Source: an uncultured bacterium (GTDB lineage Bacteria > Planctomycetota > UBA1135 > GCA-002686595). Taken from it: a stretch of DNA of 64,000 nt. Of the stretch, positions 37,241-46,014 are shown in pieces; positions within the stretch are counted from its first letter, which is position 1; the number at the start of each line of letters is the position of its first letter. The translations under genes were made by a program, and so were the position numbers. The stretch lies in the NCBI GenBank assembly GCA_943787795.1, contig CALSNU010000001.1:1344001-1408000 (forward strand), written 5' to 3'. The notes under the pieces are model-generated. The model was not told the origin of the DNA. It worked only from the letters and a program-made list of their open reading frames with translations, and made no database searches.

Positions 37241-38326
37241 ATGACCCAGCCTGATTCTTCCGCAAGCTTCCGCTCCGCATCCACCGAGGACCGGGAGGCG
37301 CAGGCCGCCCTGTTCGACCGCTGCTTCAGTCGTGAGGACGGAGGGGAGGTGCTCCCCTGGCGCTACGACCAGGGGCCCCACGGGGCGGCGCTCACCACCG
37401 TCGTGGACGGGGATGAGGGCCTGCTGGCCAGCTACGCCTGCGGCCCGCGTCGCCTCGCGGGGGACCGCGAGGTGCTCGTGGGGGAGACGGGGGACGTCAT
37501 GACCGCCCCCGATGCCCGCGGCGGTGGCCTCTTCTCAGGGCTCGACCGGGCCACCATGGCGGCCGCCCGGGACGCCGGCTGGCCCGTGGTCTTCGGGCTA
37601 CCCAACCGCGCCTCGGCCCACATCTTCGTCCGGGACCTCGGGTGGGAGGAGGTCGGCCAGCTGCGCCCCTGGACGTTCGTCCTCGTGGGGGACGCGGGAG
37701 CCAGGGCTGAGCGGATGAAGGTCAGCCGCCTGGCGGCGGCCACGGTGGCCTGGACCGCGTGGCGAGGGACCATGGCCCGCGGGCGCCTGCGCAAGCGCTT
37801 CTTCGCGCGCTGCAACGTCGTGCCCATCGCGCGCTTCAAGCCCGAGGCCGACGCGGTCGCCGAGGCGGTCGCCGCGCGGCACCCCTGGTTCATCCGTCGG
37901 GACCACGAGTACATGAACTGGCGCTTCGTGGACGCGCCCTCCGGCCGGTTCCGATGCCACGGCGTCTACCAGCCGGACGGGAGCATGTGCGGGTGGTGCG
38001 TCGTGCAGCTGCCGGAGCGCGGTGAGACCGCGGGCTACGTGGTGGACCTCGTGGCCGTCGACGACGTGGCCTTTGCAGCCGCCCTCGAGGCCGGGCTCGG
38101 GCACCTGCGCAAGGCCGGCGCCTCCGTGGCGCGGGCCCACGCGGTCGTGGGGTCGGGCTGGGAACAGGAGCTCAAGGGCTCCGGCTTCCGGCCCTCCAAG
38201 GCCGACGACGTCCGACCCATCATTATGCACGTCCTGGACGAGGGGCACCCGATCTCTGAGGTGGCGCGGCAGCCGTCGAAGTGGTTCTGGACCGACGCGG
38301 ACCGTGACGCGGAGTTGATCGGCTGA
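37241..38326 (+). CDS. GNAT family N-acetyltransferase (tandem GNAT fold)
   Basis: DVMTAPDARGGGLF (motif A), FGLPN, RDHEYMNWRF. Confidence 0.8.
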   Translation: MTQPDSSASFRSASTEDREAQAALFDRCFSREDGGEVLPWRYDQGPHGAALTTVVDGDEGLLASYACGPRRLAGDREVLVGETGDVMTAPDARGGGLFSGLDRATMAAARDAGWPVVFGLPNRASAHIFVRDLGWEEVGQLRPWTFVLVGDAGARAERMKVSRLAAATVAWTAWRGTMARGRLRKRFFARCNVVPIARFKPEADAVAEAVAARHPWFIRRDHEYMNWRFVDAPSGRFRCHGVYQPDGSMCGWCVVQLPERGETAGYVVDLVAVDDVAFAAALEAGLGHLRKAGASVARAHAVVGSGWEQELKGSGFRPSKADDVRPIIMHVLDEGHPISEVARQPSKWFWTDADRDAELIG

Positions 38327-38337
38327 CCGCCGGCGTC

Positions 38338-39423
38338 GTGGGTCTCAAGCACCGGATCAAGGCGGGCCTGCGCGGCCTGTACGCCCGTGTCCTTTGGGGC
38401 ACGGGGCTGCACCGGGTTGTGGACCGATTCTCCCGGCCGCGTCTGCTCGTGCTCTATGGTCACTGCGTCGATCAGCCGAGGACCAACGGCTCCCTCGACG
38501 CGGACATGAAGATCTCAGGGGCCCGCCTCGAGAAGATCCTCGAGACGCTGGGTCGAAGGCACGACCTGGTGACCCTTGGTGAGGGGCTCGAGCGGTTGCG
38601 CAGCGGGCGCGCCGGTCGCTCGATGGTCGCCCTGACCATGGACGACGGGTACCGCGACAACCTCCACGACCTGGTGCCGCTGCTCGAGCGCACGGGGGCG
38701 CGCGCGACGGTCTTCCTCGAGGGAGGCGCCGTGGCCTCGCGCGAGCTCCCCTGGCTCCACGCGCTCGGGTGGCTCGTGGGCCGGCTCGGGGCGACCGAGG
38801 CAGCCGCTCAGGTCGCGGCCAGCCTCGGAGAGGTGCCGGGATCACCGGTTGGCGTCACGGATGCGGGGACGCTGAAGCGCCGGCTCAAGTACGACGCGGA
38901 CCCCGACCGTCGGGACGCGGCGCTGCAGGCGCTGGTCGAGGCGGAGGGAGGAGACCCCGTGCAGATCGTCGACGACCTCTACCTCTCCATGGACGAGGCC
39001 CGGGCGCTGGCAGCGGCCGGCCCCGTGGAGGTGGGCGGGCATACGGCGCATCACCCGGTCCTCGCGAGGCTCGGCGTGGACGCTCAGGAGCGTGAGATCT
39101 CGGGCGGCGCCGCCCTGCTCAGGGAGCTTCTCGACGAGGAGGTCTCCGAGGAGGGCCGGGCGCCCCTCGGGGCCTCGGGGCACGCGTTCGCCTACCCCTA
39201 CGGTCGGCGCTGGGACATCGGTGAGCACAGCCCTGGCGTGGTCGCGGCCGCAGGATACACCTGCGCCGTCACGACCCATGCGGGGGTCAACCATCGGTCG
39301 ACCGATCCGTACCTGCTCAAGCGCTGGCCGATCCACGACGGCACGAGGCTGCACGAGGTGGGTGTGGAGGCCTCGGGCGGCTTCGAGCTGCTGCGCCGTC
39401 TCGGGATCGACCTCGTGGAGTGA
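38338..39423 (+). CDS. Polysaccharide deacetylase (CE4/NodB-like)
   Basis: LTMDDGYRDN, GGHTAHHPVL, FAYPYG. Confidence 0.9.
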   Translation: MGLKHRIKAGLRGLYARVLWGTGLHRVVDRFSRPRLLVLYGHCVDQPRTNGSLDADMKISGARLEKILETLGRRHDLVTLGEGLERLRSGRAGRSMVALTMDDGYRDNLHDLVPLLERTGARATVFLEGGAVASRELPWLHALGWLVGRLGATEAAAQVAASLGEVPGSPVGVTDAGTLKRRLKYDADPDRRDAALQALVEAEGGDPVQIVDDLYLSMDEARALAAAGPVEVGGHTAHHPVLARLGVDAQEREISGGAALLRELLDEEVSEEGRAPLGASGHAFAYPYGRRWDIGEHSPGVVAAAGYTCAVTTHAGVNHRSTDPYLLKRWPIHDGTRLHEVGVEASGGFELLRRLGIDLVE

Positions 39424-39480
39424 ACACGTGGAGTGAACTCGTGGAGTGACCTCGTGGAGTGAACGCGGGGAGTGAACTCG
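39412..39480. repeat. 13-bp tandem repeat, consensus CTCGTGGAGTGAA, 5 copies plus partial
   Basis: Units start at 39412, 39425, 39438, 39451, 39464; the first contains the deacetylase stop codon. Confidence 0.9.
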
Positions 39481-39525
39481 CAGACTCAAGGCGCGGAGCG
39501 AGGCGCTATATCCCACCGGGCGGGG

Positions 39526-39580
39526 CCACACCGCGCTGGACCACACCGCGCTGGACCACACCGCGCTGGACCACACCGCG
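39526..39580. repeat. 15-bp tandem repeat CCACACCGCGCTGGA, 3 exact copies plus 10 bp
   Basis: Read directly from sequence. Confidence 0.92.
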
Positions 39581-39656
39581 CGGACGGACAGCGCGTCGTC
39601 AGCCGGGAGAAGAATCCTCGGGTGACGCCCCGACTCGGATCCGCAAATCGCCCGCC

Positions 39657-39785
39657 TCAGTGGGTCTCGTACCCGTCGGGGCCGGAGTAGGCCCCGCCGC
39701 CCGAGGTGTAGAGGTAGACGGCCGCGGCCACGAACACCGCCACGGGGACGGCGATCCAGATCCAGTTCTCGCGAAGAAAGCGCAT
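39657..39785 (-). CDS. 42-aa single-pass membrane peptide, DUF5989-like (not in the ORF track)
   Basis: Manual translation MRFLRENWIWIAVPVAVFVAAAVYLYTSGGGAYSGPDGYETH*; G/C-ending codons; divergent from an SGNH gene. Confidence 0.65.
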   Translation of the reverse strand: MRFLRENWIWIAVPVAVFVAAAVYLYTSGGGAYSGPDGYETH

Positions 39786-39858
39786 AGGGTGGGGGTCTCG
39801 GTGAGAGCCACCACAGTATCCCCGGCTCGGGCGCCTGGTGGGGATACACTGCTGGCAG

Positions 39859-40986
39859 ATGAAGCGGATCCTGTCTCGACTTGCCCTCTCCGCGGGGGTC
39901 TTTCTCGCCCTGCTCGGTGGTACGGAAGTGGTGCTGCGCGCCCAGGGCTATGGGGCCATCCCCTCCGTGTGGTTCGATCCAGAGGTCGGCACGCGCTTCC
40001 ACCCCGGCCAGACCCGCCAGATCCTCGCCGCCGGCGGCGTCTTCATGCACTCGGCTGAGATCAACGACCTCGGCTTCCGCGGCCGACTGCCGGACCCCGA
40101 GCTCGACGGCGACGGCGGCCTGCGCCTGGTCTGCCTGGGCGACTCGTTCACCTTCGGCTGGGGCGTCGAGGACGCAGACACCTACCCCGTGCAGCTTGAG
40201 GCTGCCCTCGAGGAGCTCCTGGCAGCCCGCGCTGCCGGTGATACGGCGGACTCCGGGCCGCGGCGGAGCCCCGTCGGTGCAGAGGTGCTGAACGTCGGGC
40301 TGCCCGGCTACAACACCTGGCAGGAGCATCGGCTCTACGAGAAGCTCGTTCGACCGATGGCTCCGGATGTGGTGGTCCTGGGTTGGTACCTGAACGACCT
40401 CGACCCGCTGAGCTACGGGGTGACCGGCACCCTGGCGCCCCTCGATCACCCGCTGGCGGGCACCGCGCTGCTGGACTACTGGGTCCGCAAGCTCCGCAAG
40501 AAGTACCCCAAGTTCGAGTTCGAGGGCTTCGACCAGGCGGCCGCGCAGGAGATCAAGCCGTACTACGACAAGAACCGGCCGCTGGTGGAGCACAACAGCG
40601 GCCACCCGGAGGCGAGGCCCTACGTGGAGCGCAACCTCGCGGACCTCGGCGCCCTGCTCGATGACATCAAGGCCGACGGGGTGACCCCCGTGCTGACCAT
40701 CTTCCCGTCGGTGGGCCAGGTCGACGCTCTCAAGGCGGCGCGGGCCGACAAGCCCGCCGCGGAGTACGAGGCGGACCTCGCGATCATCGCGCGCATCCAG
40801 CGCGACCTGACCGAGTTCGTCGGCCTCAAGGGGGTCGCCGTCGTGGACCTCCTCGTGCCGTTCATGGACAGCGAGGTTCGGCCCTACGGTGAGGTGGACC
40901 AGAGCCACCCCAGTGTGCACGGGTACGGGATCGCCGCATGGGCCGTGCTCGAGGCGCTCGTGGCGGGCGGCCTGCTCGACCGCTGA
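39859..40986 (+). CDS. Membrane-anchored SGNH/GDSL hydrolase-fold protein
   Basis: N-terminal anchor ..EVVLR; INDLGFRG; LGDSFTFG, NVGLPGY, YLNDL, DQSHPS. Confidence 0.88.
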   Translation: MKRILSRLALSAGVFLALLGGTEVVLRAQGYGAIPSVWFDPEVGTRFHPGQTRQILAAGGVFMHSAEINDLGFRGRLPDPELDGDGGLRLVCLGDSFTFGWGVEDADTYPVQLEAALEELLAARAAGDTADSGPRRSPVGAEVLNVGLPGYNTWQEHRLYEKLVRPMAPDVVVLGWYLNDLDPLSYGVTGTLAPLDHPLAGTALLDYWVRKLRKKYPKFEFEGFDQAAAQEIKPYYDKNRPLVEHNSGHPEARPYVERNLADLGALLDDIKADGVTPVLTIFPSVGQVDALKAARADKPAAEYEADLAIIARIQRDLTEFVGLKGVAVVDLLVPFMDSEVRPYGEVDQSHPSVHGYGIAAWAVLEALVAGGLLDR

Positions 40987-41104
40987 TCCTCCGCGGCGGA
41001 GACCTCTCTCCGGCGGTGGCCACCCCGCGGCGGCGGCTCCCCCGATCCTGCGGCTACTCCGATGCGGTGACACTGCCGATCCGGCGCCACTGCCGATCCG
41101 GTGG
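40986..41104. repeat. Degenerate 17-bp-period tandem array (about 7 units) between convergent genes
   Basis: CACTGCCGATCCGG exact at 41071 and 41088; CCGAT or CGGCGG cores recur at 17-bp phase in units starting 40986-41054. Confidence 0.6.
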
Positions 41105-41125
41105 GGCTGGCACGATGGAGGGCCC

Positions 41126-41461
41126 TCAGCGGGGCCGCAGGAGCGACCCGTGCATCCGGGTCACGAAGTCACCGACCTCGGCCGAGCTGGACTCGAGGTG
41201 GCTCGTGAGCTCCTCCAATGGGCGCTCCTCCCAGTAGCCACGCAGGATCAGGGCGTGCATGGCCTGGACCTGGGTGCGCGGGTCGTCCGGGGTCCGTGCC
41301 CGCTCGAGGAGCTCCTCTGTGGTGGGGGCGCCACTCAGGCCCAGGGTGATCGTGATCGCCGCGGCGGCGCCCAGCCCCAGGGCGAGCAGCCACTGCACCG
41401 GGCCCTCGCCGTGCGGCTCGCTTGGGGCGACCTGACCTTGAGGGTCGTCTTCGGGGCTCAT
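41126..41461 (-). CDS. Small hypothetical membrane-anchored protein (111 aa)
   Basis: TGATG coupling to the upstream GT-C gene; one TM segment WLLALGLGAAAAITITLGL. Confidence 0.6.
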   Translation of the reverse strand: MSPEDDPQGQVAPSEPHGEGPVQWLLALGLGAAAAITITLGLSGAPTTEELLERARTPDDPRTQVQAMHALILRGYWEERPLEELTSHLESSSAEVGDFVTRMHGSLLRPR

Positions 41462-42975
41462 CAGAGCTCCTCCAGGGATGCGAGGATCGGGGCGACGGCG
41501 AGGGTCCAGCTCCAGAGGAGCAAGCCGAGGGCGGCGACGAAGAGTGATCGACGGAAGAGCCCGCGCGCTGGAGGGCAGCGCAGGCTCGCCAGCGCAGCGG
41601 CGGCGGGGACGATCAGCAGGGCCTCGCCCGGCGCCCGGAAGCGCGACATGGCCACGACCAGGGCGAGGGGCGCGGTGGCCGCGCATGCGGCGGCGACGAG
41701 CCCCGCGGCTCCCGGAGAGAGCGGCACCATGATGGATCCGTAGGCGGCGAGCAGGAGGAGGGCCAAGACCATGGCGATGGAGACCAGGGTCAGGGGGACG
41801 CTGAACGGCCTGGAGGTCAGGACGCTGCAGTATCCGCCGGTGGCCTTGACGCCCGCGACCTCCGGGTCGGGCGGAGGCATGCGCAGGTAGCGCGTCATGT
41901 AGGACAGCGGCGTGAGCAGGTCGGCCACCTTCACCGCGCGCGTGCGGAGGAAGAAGCCCGTGTGGGCCCTGATGAACGCCCGTCCCGTGGCGACCGCGAG
42001 CCGGTTTCGCTCGGCGACGTCCGGGAGGAACTGGAACCGCCACTGCTCCATGTCCGCGGGCGGCTCCAGGAGGCTCGCGCGGAGCGAGGCTCCCGGTGCG
42101 CCGGCATCGGGGACGTCGAGCCCGACGAGGTCGAAGTTGATGTAGTCGCGGTTCCAGCCCATGTAGGCGTTGAGGCCGGCGGTCCGTCCGAGGAGCTGGA
42201 GGGACCCCAGGTCCGCGCTGGCCCGGGCGGACCAGGGCGCGATCGTCATGGCGGCGGCGCCCAGGAAGAGGACGGCCCGGCGGACTCCCGTGGACCAGCG
42301 CCGCGACTCCAGCTGAGCAGGACGGCCGAGGGAGCAGACGCCCCACAGGCCCAGGGCCCCGAGCCAGAAGAGGCAGGCCTCCTTGGTGAGGCAGGCGAGG
42401 CCGACGGCGAAGCCCGCGCCCACGAGCGCGGCGGTCCCGCGGTGCCCGCGCAGCTCCCCGGCGGCCACCGCCAGCAACAGCGCGCAGGCCGGGAGCAGGA
42501 GGGCGATGGCGAGCCCCTCGCTGAGGAGCACGTGGGCGAAGGGGACCAGCGGCAGGTACAGGGCGGCGACCCACCCCGCCAGTCGACCCGCGCGCTCCGA
42601 GTGGGCGCGGGTGGCGAGCACCATGAGCCACCCGCAGGACCACACCGAGAGGAGGGTCAGGACCACACGGGCGGCGGTCTCCCCAGCCTCGCCGAAGACC
42701 GACACGCAGGCGGCGATCAGCGCCGGGTGCAGGGGGGGCCACTGCCCCGTGTAGGCGCCGAGCTCGGACCAGGCGCGCCCGAGCCCAACGTAGGCGGGTT
42801 CGTCCCCGCGGAAGGCGCCGCCCGCCGCGGACATGAGCCACAGGCCCCGGACCACGGCTGCGCACAGGAGTGGCGCGAGCCAGCCCCCCGGGAGCCAGCG
42901 TGCCTGGCTCGGGTGCTCGGTCGGCGCCGCCACGGGGGGCGGCTCCGCGGGGGCGATGTTGGGGCTGGGCCTCAT
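41461..42975 (-). CDS. Polytopic GT-C glycosyltransferase (ArnT/PMT-like)
   Basis: GDEPAY in first loop, WPPLHP, LLSEGLA, LTKE, SRFRAP; many TM helices. Confidence 0.75.
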   Translation of the reverse strand: MRPSPNIAPAEPPPVAAPTEHPSQARWLPGGWLAPLLCAAVVRGLWLMSAAGGAFRGDEPAYVGLGRAWSELGAYTGQWPPLHPALIAACVSVFGEAGETAARVVLTLLSVWSCGWLMVLATRAHSERAGRLAGWVAALYLPLVPFAHVLLSEGLAIALLLPACALLLAVAAGELRGHRGTAALVGAGFAVGLACLTKEACLFWLGALGLWGVCSLGRPAQLESRRWSTGVRRAVLFLGAAAMTIAPWSARASADLGSLQLLGRTAGLNAYMGWNRDYINFDLVGLDVPDAGAPGASLRASLLEPPADMEQWRFQFLPDVAERNRLAVATGRAFIRAHTGFFLRTRAVKVADLLTPLSYMTRYLRMPPPDPEVAGVKATGGYCSVLTSRPFSVPLTLVSIAMVLALLLLAAYGSIMVPLSPGAAGLVAAACAATAPLALVVAMSRFRAPGEALLIVPAAAALASLRCPPARGLFRRSLFVAALGLLLWSWTLAVAPILASLEEL

Positions 42976-43004
42976 CAGTGATCGCAAGCTACACGATGCC
43001 GCGC

Positions 43005-44426
43005 TCAGCGCAGCGCAGAGAGCGTCTGTTGAACGCCCTCGATGGACGGAACCCACAGCAGGAGCAGCCCGGCGCCGATCACGGTGGCCGCTCGCCGGCG
43101 CGTCTTGCCGTCGTCGGCCCGAGTCCCGATCAGCGCGAGGGCCGCGAACCCGATCAGGAGCGGGAGCGCCGGAAGCCGGTAGCGGCTCATGCCGTTGACG
43201 AGGGCGGAGAGGACGACCACGCCGCTGACGCTCAGGAGAAGGCCGCGGTGGGCGGCGCTCGCCTCCATGGCCCACCAGCCCCGGAGCGCGAGCAGGAGGA
43301 GCGCTGGGACCATGAGGACCGCGCAGGCCGCGAAGGCCAGACGGGCGCCGGCGCCCCCGAGCGGCGGGCCAGGCGACGCGAGCCGAAGGCTGCGGACAGG
43401 GAAGGAGAGCGGGCTCAGCAGGTCCACGAGCTCGACGACGCGGCTCCGAAGGAAGAAGACCGGGTGGCGCGCGGCATAGCGCAGGCCCTGGGTCACATTC
43501 GCCCGGGCTCGCGCTGCGGGCGCGCCCTGACTCTCCGCGCTCCAGGCCTCGGGCGCCGGACCGCGGATCGCCGCTCGCAGGGCGCCGGGGGCCCGGGCAG
43601 GGGCGCCGCCGAGTCCGGCGAGGTCGTAGTTCACGTCGTGGGCATTGAGCCCGACGTGAGCGCTACCGCCGGTGGAGATCGCGATGGGCACCAGCTGCCC
43701 ATGCACGGCGGCGTTGCGCAGGGTCCACGGGAGGATCGTCGCGAGCGAGCAGGCCACCATCGTCAGCGCGAGGGAGGCGCGCGACGCGCCGCCGGCGGCT
43801 CCGTTCCGTGCGAGCCACAGGCCGAGGATGGGAACGAAGAGGAGGCTGCTCTCTCGGACGAGCGCCGCGAGCCCCAGGAGCACGCCCGCGCCCGCTGCTA
43901 CTCGCAGCGAGGCCGCGCTGGAGCGGCGGCTCGCGGCCGCGAGCAGGGCGAGGGCCGGGGTGAAGAGCGCGAGGTGGAGCGGCTCGGAGTAGAGGAGCCC
44001 GGCGAAGCCAGCGAGGGGCAGGTAGAGCGCGGCGATCCACGCGGCGCAGGCGCCGCCGCGGCGGCCGCCGATGATCGCGGCGAGCGCGGCGATCCAGGCG
44101 ACGTTCCACAGCCCGAGCACGACCTGCAGCCCCCGAAGGGCCGCGGTGGAGGCGTCGCCCAGGAGGCCGCCGAGGACGGCGATGAGGGCGGGGTACCCGG
44201 GGGCCCAGATGCCCTCATAGGTGCCCTCGAGGCGCCATCGCTCTCCGAGAAGGAGATAGGCGCGCTCGTCGCCCGCGGGGTCCGTCCCACTGAATGCGAT
44301 CGCCACCGCGATCCGCACGCAGGCGGCCGCCAGGAGCGGCAGCAGCAGGGAGGGCCAGAGGGGACGCTGAAACGAGCCCTCAGCCGCGTCCTCCCTCACC
44401 GCATCGTCCTCTGAGCTGGCATTCAT
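43005..44426 (-). CDS. Polytopic GT-C glycosyltransferase (ArnT/PMT-like), paralog of neighbour
   Basis: GDERAY, WAPGYP, LLYSEPL, LVRE, PWTLRN, SRYRLP. Confidence 0.78.
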   Translation of the reverse strand: MNASSEDDAVREDAAEGSFQRPLWPSLLLPLLAAACVRIAVAIAFSGTDPAGDERAYLLLGERWRLEGTYEGIWAPGYPALIAVLGGLLGDASTAALRGLQVVLGLWNVAWIAALAAIIGGRRGGACAAWIAALYLPLAGFAGLLYSEPLHLALFTPALALLAAASRRSSAASLRVAAGAGVLLGLAALVRESSLLFVPILGLWLARNGAAGGASRASLALTMVACSLATILPWTLRNAAVHGQLVPIAISTGGSAHVGLNAHDVNYDLAGLGGAPARAPGALRAAIRGPAPEAWSAESQGAPAARARANVTQGLRYAARHPVFFLRSRVVELVDLLSPLSFPVRSLRLASPGPPLGGAGARLAFAACAVLMVPALLLLALRGWWAMEASAAHRGLLLSVSGVVVLSALVNGMSRYRLPALPLLIGFAALALIGTRADDGKTRRRAATVIGAGLLLLWVPSIEGVQQTLSALR

Positions 44427-44477
44427 CGGTGCGAGCGGCGCGGCGGGCCGGGCAGGTGGTGCGCCGGCCGCGGATGC

Positions 44478-46007
44478 TCAGAAGAGCGTGTAGATGAAGG
44501 GGGCCACCAGCGGCGAGGAGGCCGCCACGACCAGCAGGCTGCCGACGCTGAGCAGCACGCTCAGCAGCGGCATCAGGTACCAGTGCCCGCGCAGGGTGAA
44601 GGACCGCAGAAGCTCCGCGATGGTGCCAATCCGGTCTCCGAGCTTGAACAGGACGAAGGTCAGGATGGTCAGCAGGAGGCCGAGGATCGTCAGCTGGGAG
44701 GCCTGGGGTGGGAGCGCCTCCACGAGCCACGTCACGCCGAGGCCCGTGCTGAAGACCACGGCGAGGAGGGCGGCGACGCTGCCGAAGCCAACGAGCGCGC
44801 TCTCGTCCGGATACGTCCGCCTGTATAGGGTTCCGAGCGCGCCCGTCAGAGCCAGATACCAGAGGACCCAGACGGGCACCTGGCCGCTGCTCTTCACGGG
44901 TCCTGTGGGGAGAGTCTGCGACGCGCCCTCGCCAAGGGGAGGAAGGAGCTTCGCGCCTTCCAGCGCCCCGTGGAGGGAGACGGCGAGCGCGACGTTGCCG
45001 TCGGCGTTGAGGTGGAAGTCCCGTCGGTAGTAGGGCGGGGCCTCTGCCGCGAAGGACTCGATGGCGACCAGCGGGTCGAAGACCATGGCGCCCGTCGCCC
45101 GCGCGGCCTCGATGAAGAGCGCATGGGGCCGCGCCGGGTCCAGGGGGGCGCCGGCGACCGCGGGCGGGGCGCTCGCCTGGGTCTTCGAGGGGATCGGGCA
45201 CACGGCGAAGCGCGCGCCGAGGGCCTCGCAGCGCGCTGACATGGCGGCGATCAGGGCGCGGGTGCGAGTCTCGGCTTCTAGGACCGCAGGCGGCGGGTCC
45301 GTCAGCCGTGAGGAGAGCTCTGCGGAGAGCGTGATCTCTCCCGACGTGATGAGGGGCACGCTCGGGGCGCCGCGGAGTCGATACCAGGCCTCTCCGAGGG
45401 CGGAGCGGCGGCTCCAGTGCCGGGCTGGTGGCGACGCGAGGCTTCGCTCTACGAGGACGCCTTCGCTGTCGTAGAGGGGCTTGTCCTGGCCGAGGTAGGT
45501 GGGGCTTTGATTCCACCAGATGTCGTTCTCGTAGGCGAAGTAGACGACCAGGTCAGGGGCGACCGCCTCACCGTTCAACTCGAGCCATCGCAGGGACTGA
45601 TCGGTGGAGTACCCCTGGGTCCCCGCGTTCATGATCTCCACCGGGCGGCCCTCGATCTGCAGGGCCCGCTCGAGCTGGTCCACGAAGAGGTCCTCGCGGT
45701 CCACGGTGTACCCGACCACGAAGGAGTCCCCGAGAAAGAGCGCGCGCCGGGTGCCCTCAGGCGCCGGTGCGAGGGCGTCGTAGTCGTCCCGGAGCCCCGC
45801 GCCGTCGTTGGTGAGCGTGACGTCGTACTCGCCGGTCGAGCGCTCGATGGTCTTGCCGGGGGTCTTCCGCCAGCCGAGCTCTGGGTCGAACTCCGTGTTG
45901 ACCACCGTCGGCGTGAAGCCGAGCGCGCGGAGGCCGAGCTCGGTGACCCCGAGGGCGATGCCGGCGGTGACGAGCAGCGCGAGGATGACGTTGAGGGTCT
46001 TCATCAC
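44478..46007 (-). CDS. SGNH hydrolase-fold protein fused to C-terminal TM helices and a DUF5989 (SxtK-like) tail
   Basis: DPELGW, FLGDSF, NAGTQGYST, YENDI, DFHLN; ends HWYLMPLLSVLL...SPLVAPFIYTLF. Confidence 0.85.
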   Translation of the reverse strand: MMKTLNVILALLVTAGIALGVTELGLRALGFTPTVVNTEFDPELGWRKTPGKTIERSTGEYDVTLTNDGAGLRDDYDALAPAPEGTRRALFLGDSFVVGYTVDREDLFVDQLERALQIEGRPVEIMNAGTQGYSTDQSLRWLELNGEAVAPDLVVYFAYENDIWWNQSPTYLGQDKPLYDSEGVLVERSLASPPARHWSRRSALGEAWYRLRGAPSVPLITSGEITLSAELSSRLTDPPPAVLEAETRTRALIAAMSARCEALGARFAVCPIPSKTQASAPPAVAGAPLDPARPHALFIEAARATGAMVFDPLVAIESFAAEAPPYYRRDFHLNADGNVALAVSLHGALEGAKLLPPLGEGASQTLPTGPVKSSGQVPVWVLWYLALTGALGTLYRRTYPDESALVGFGSVAALLAVVFSTGLGVTWLVEALPPQASQLTILGLLLTILTFVLFKLGDRIGTIAELLRSFTLRGHWYLMPLLSVLLSVGSLLVVAASSPLVAPFIYTLF

Positions 46008-46014
46008 GGACGGT

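Noticed and set aside
39412..39580. Possible CRISPR array
   Set aside because: Units are contiguous 13- and 15-mers with no unique spacers, and there are no cas genes in the window.
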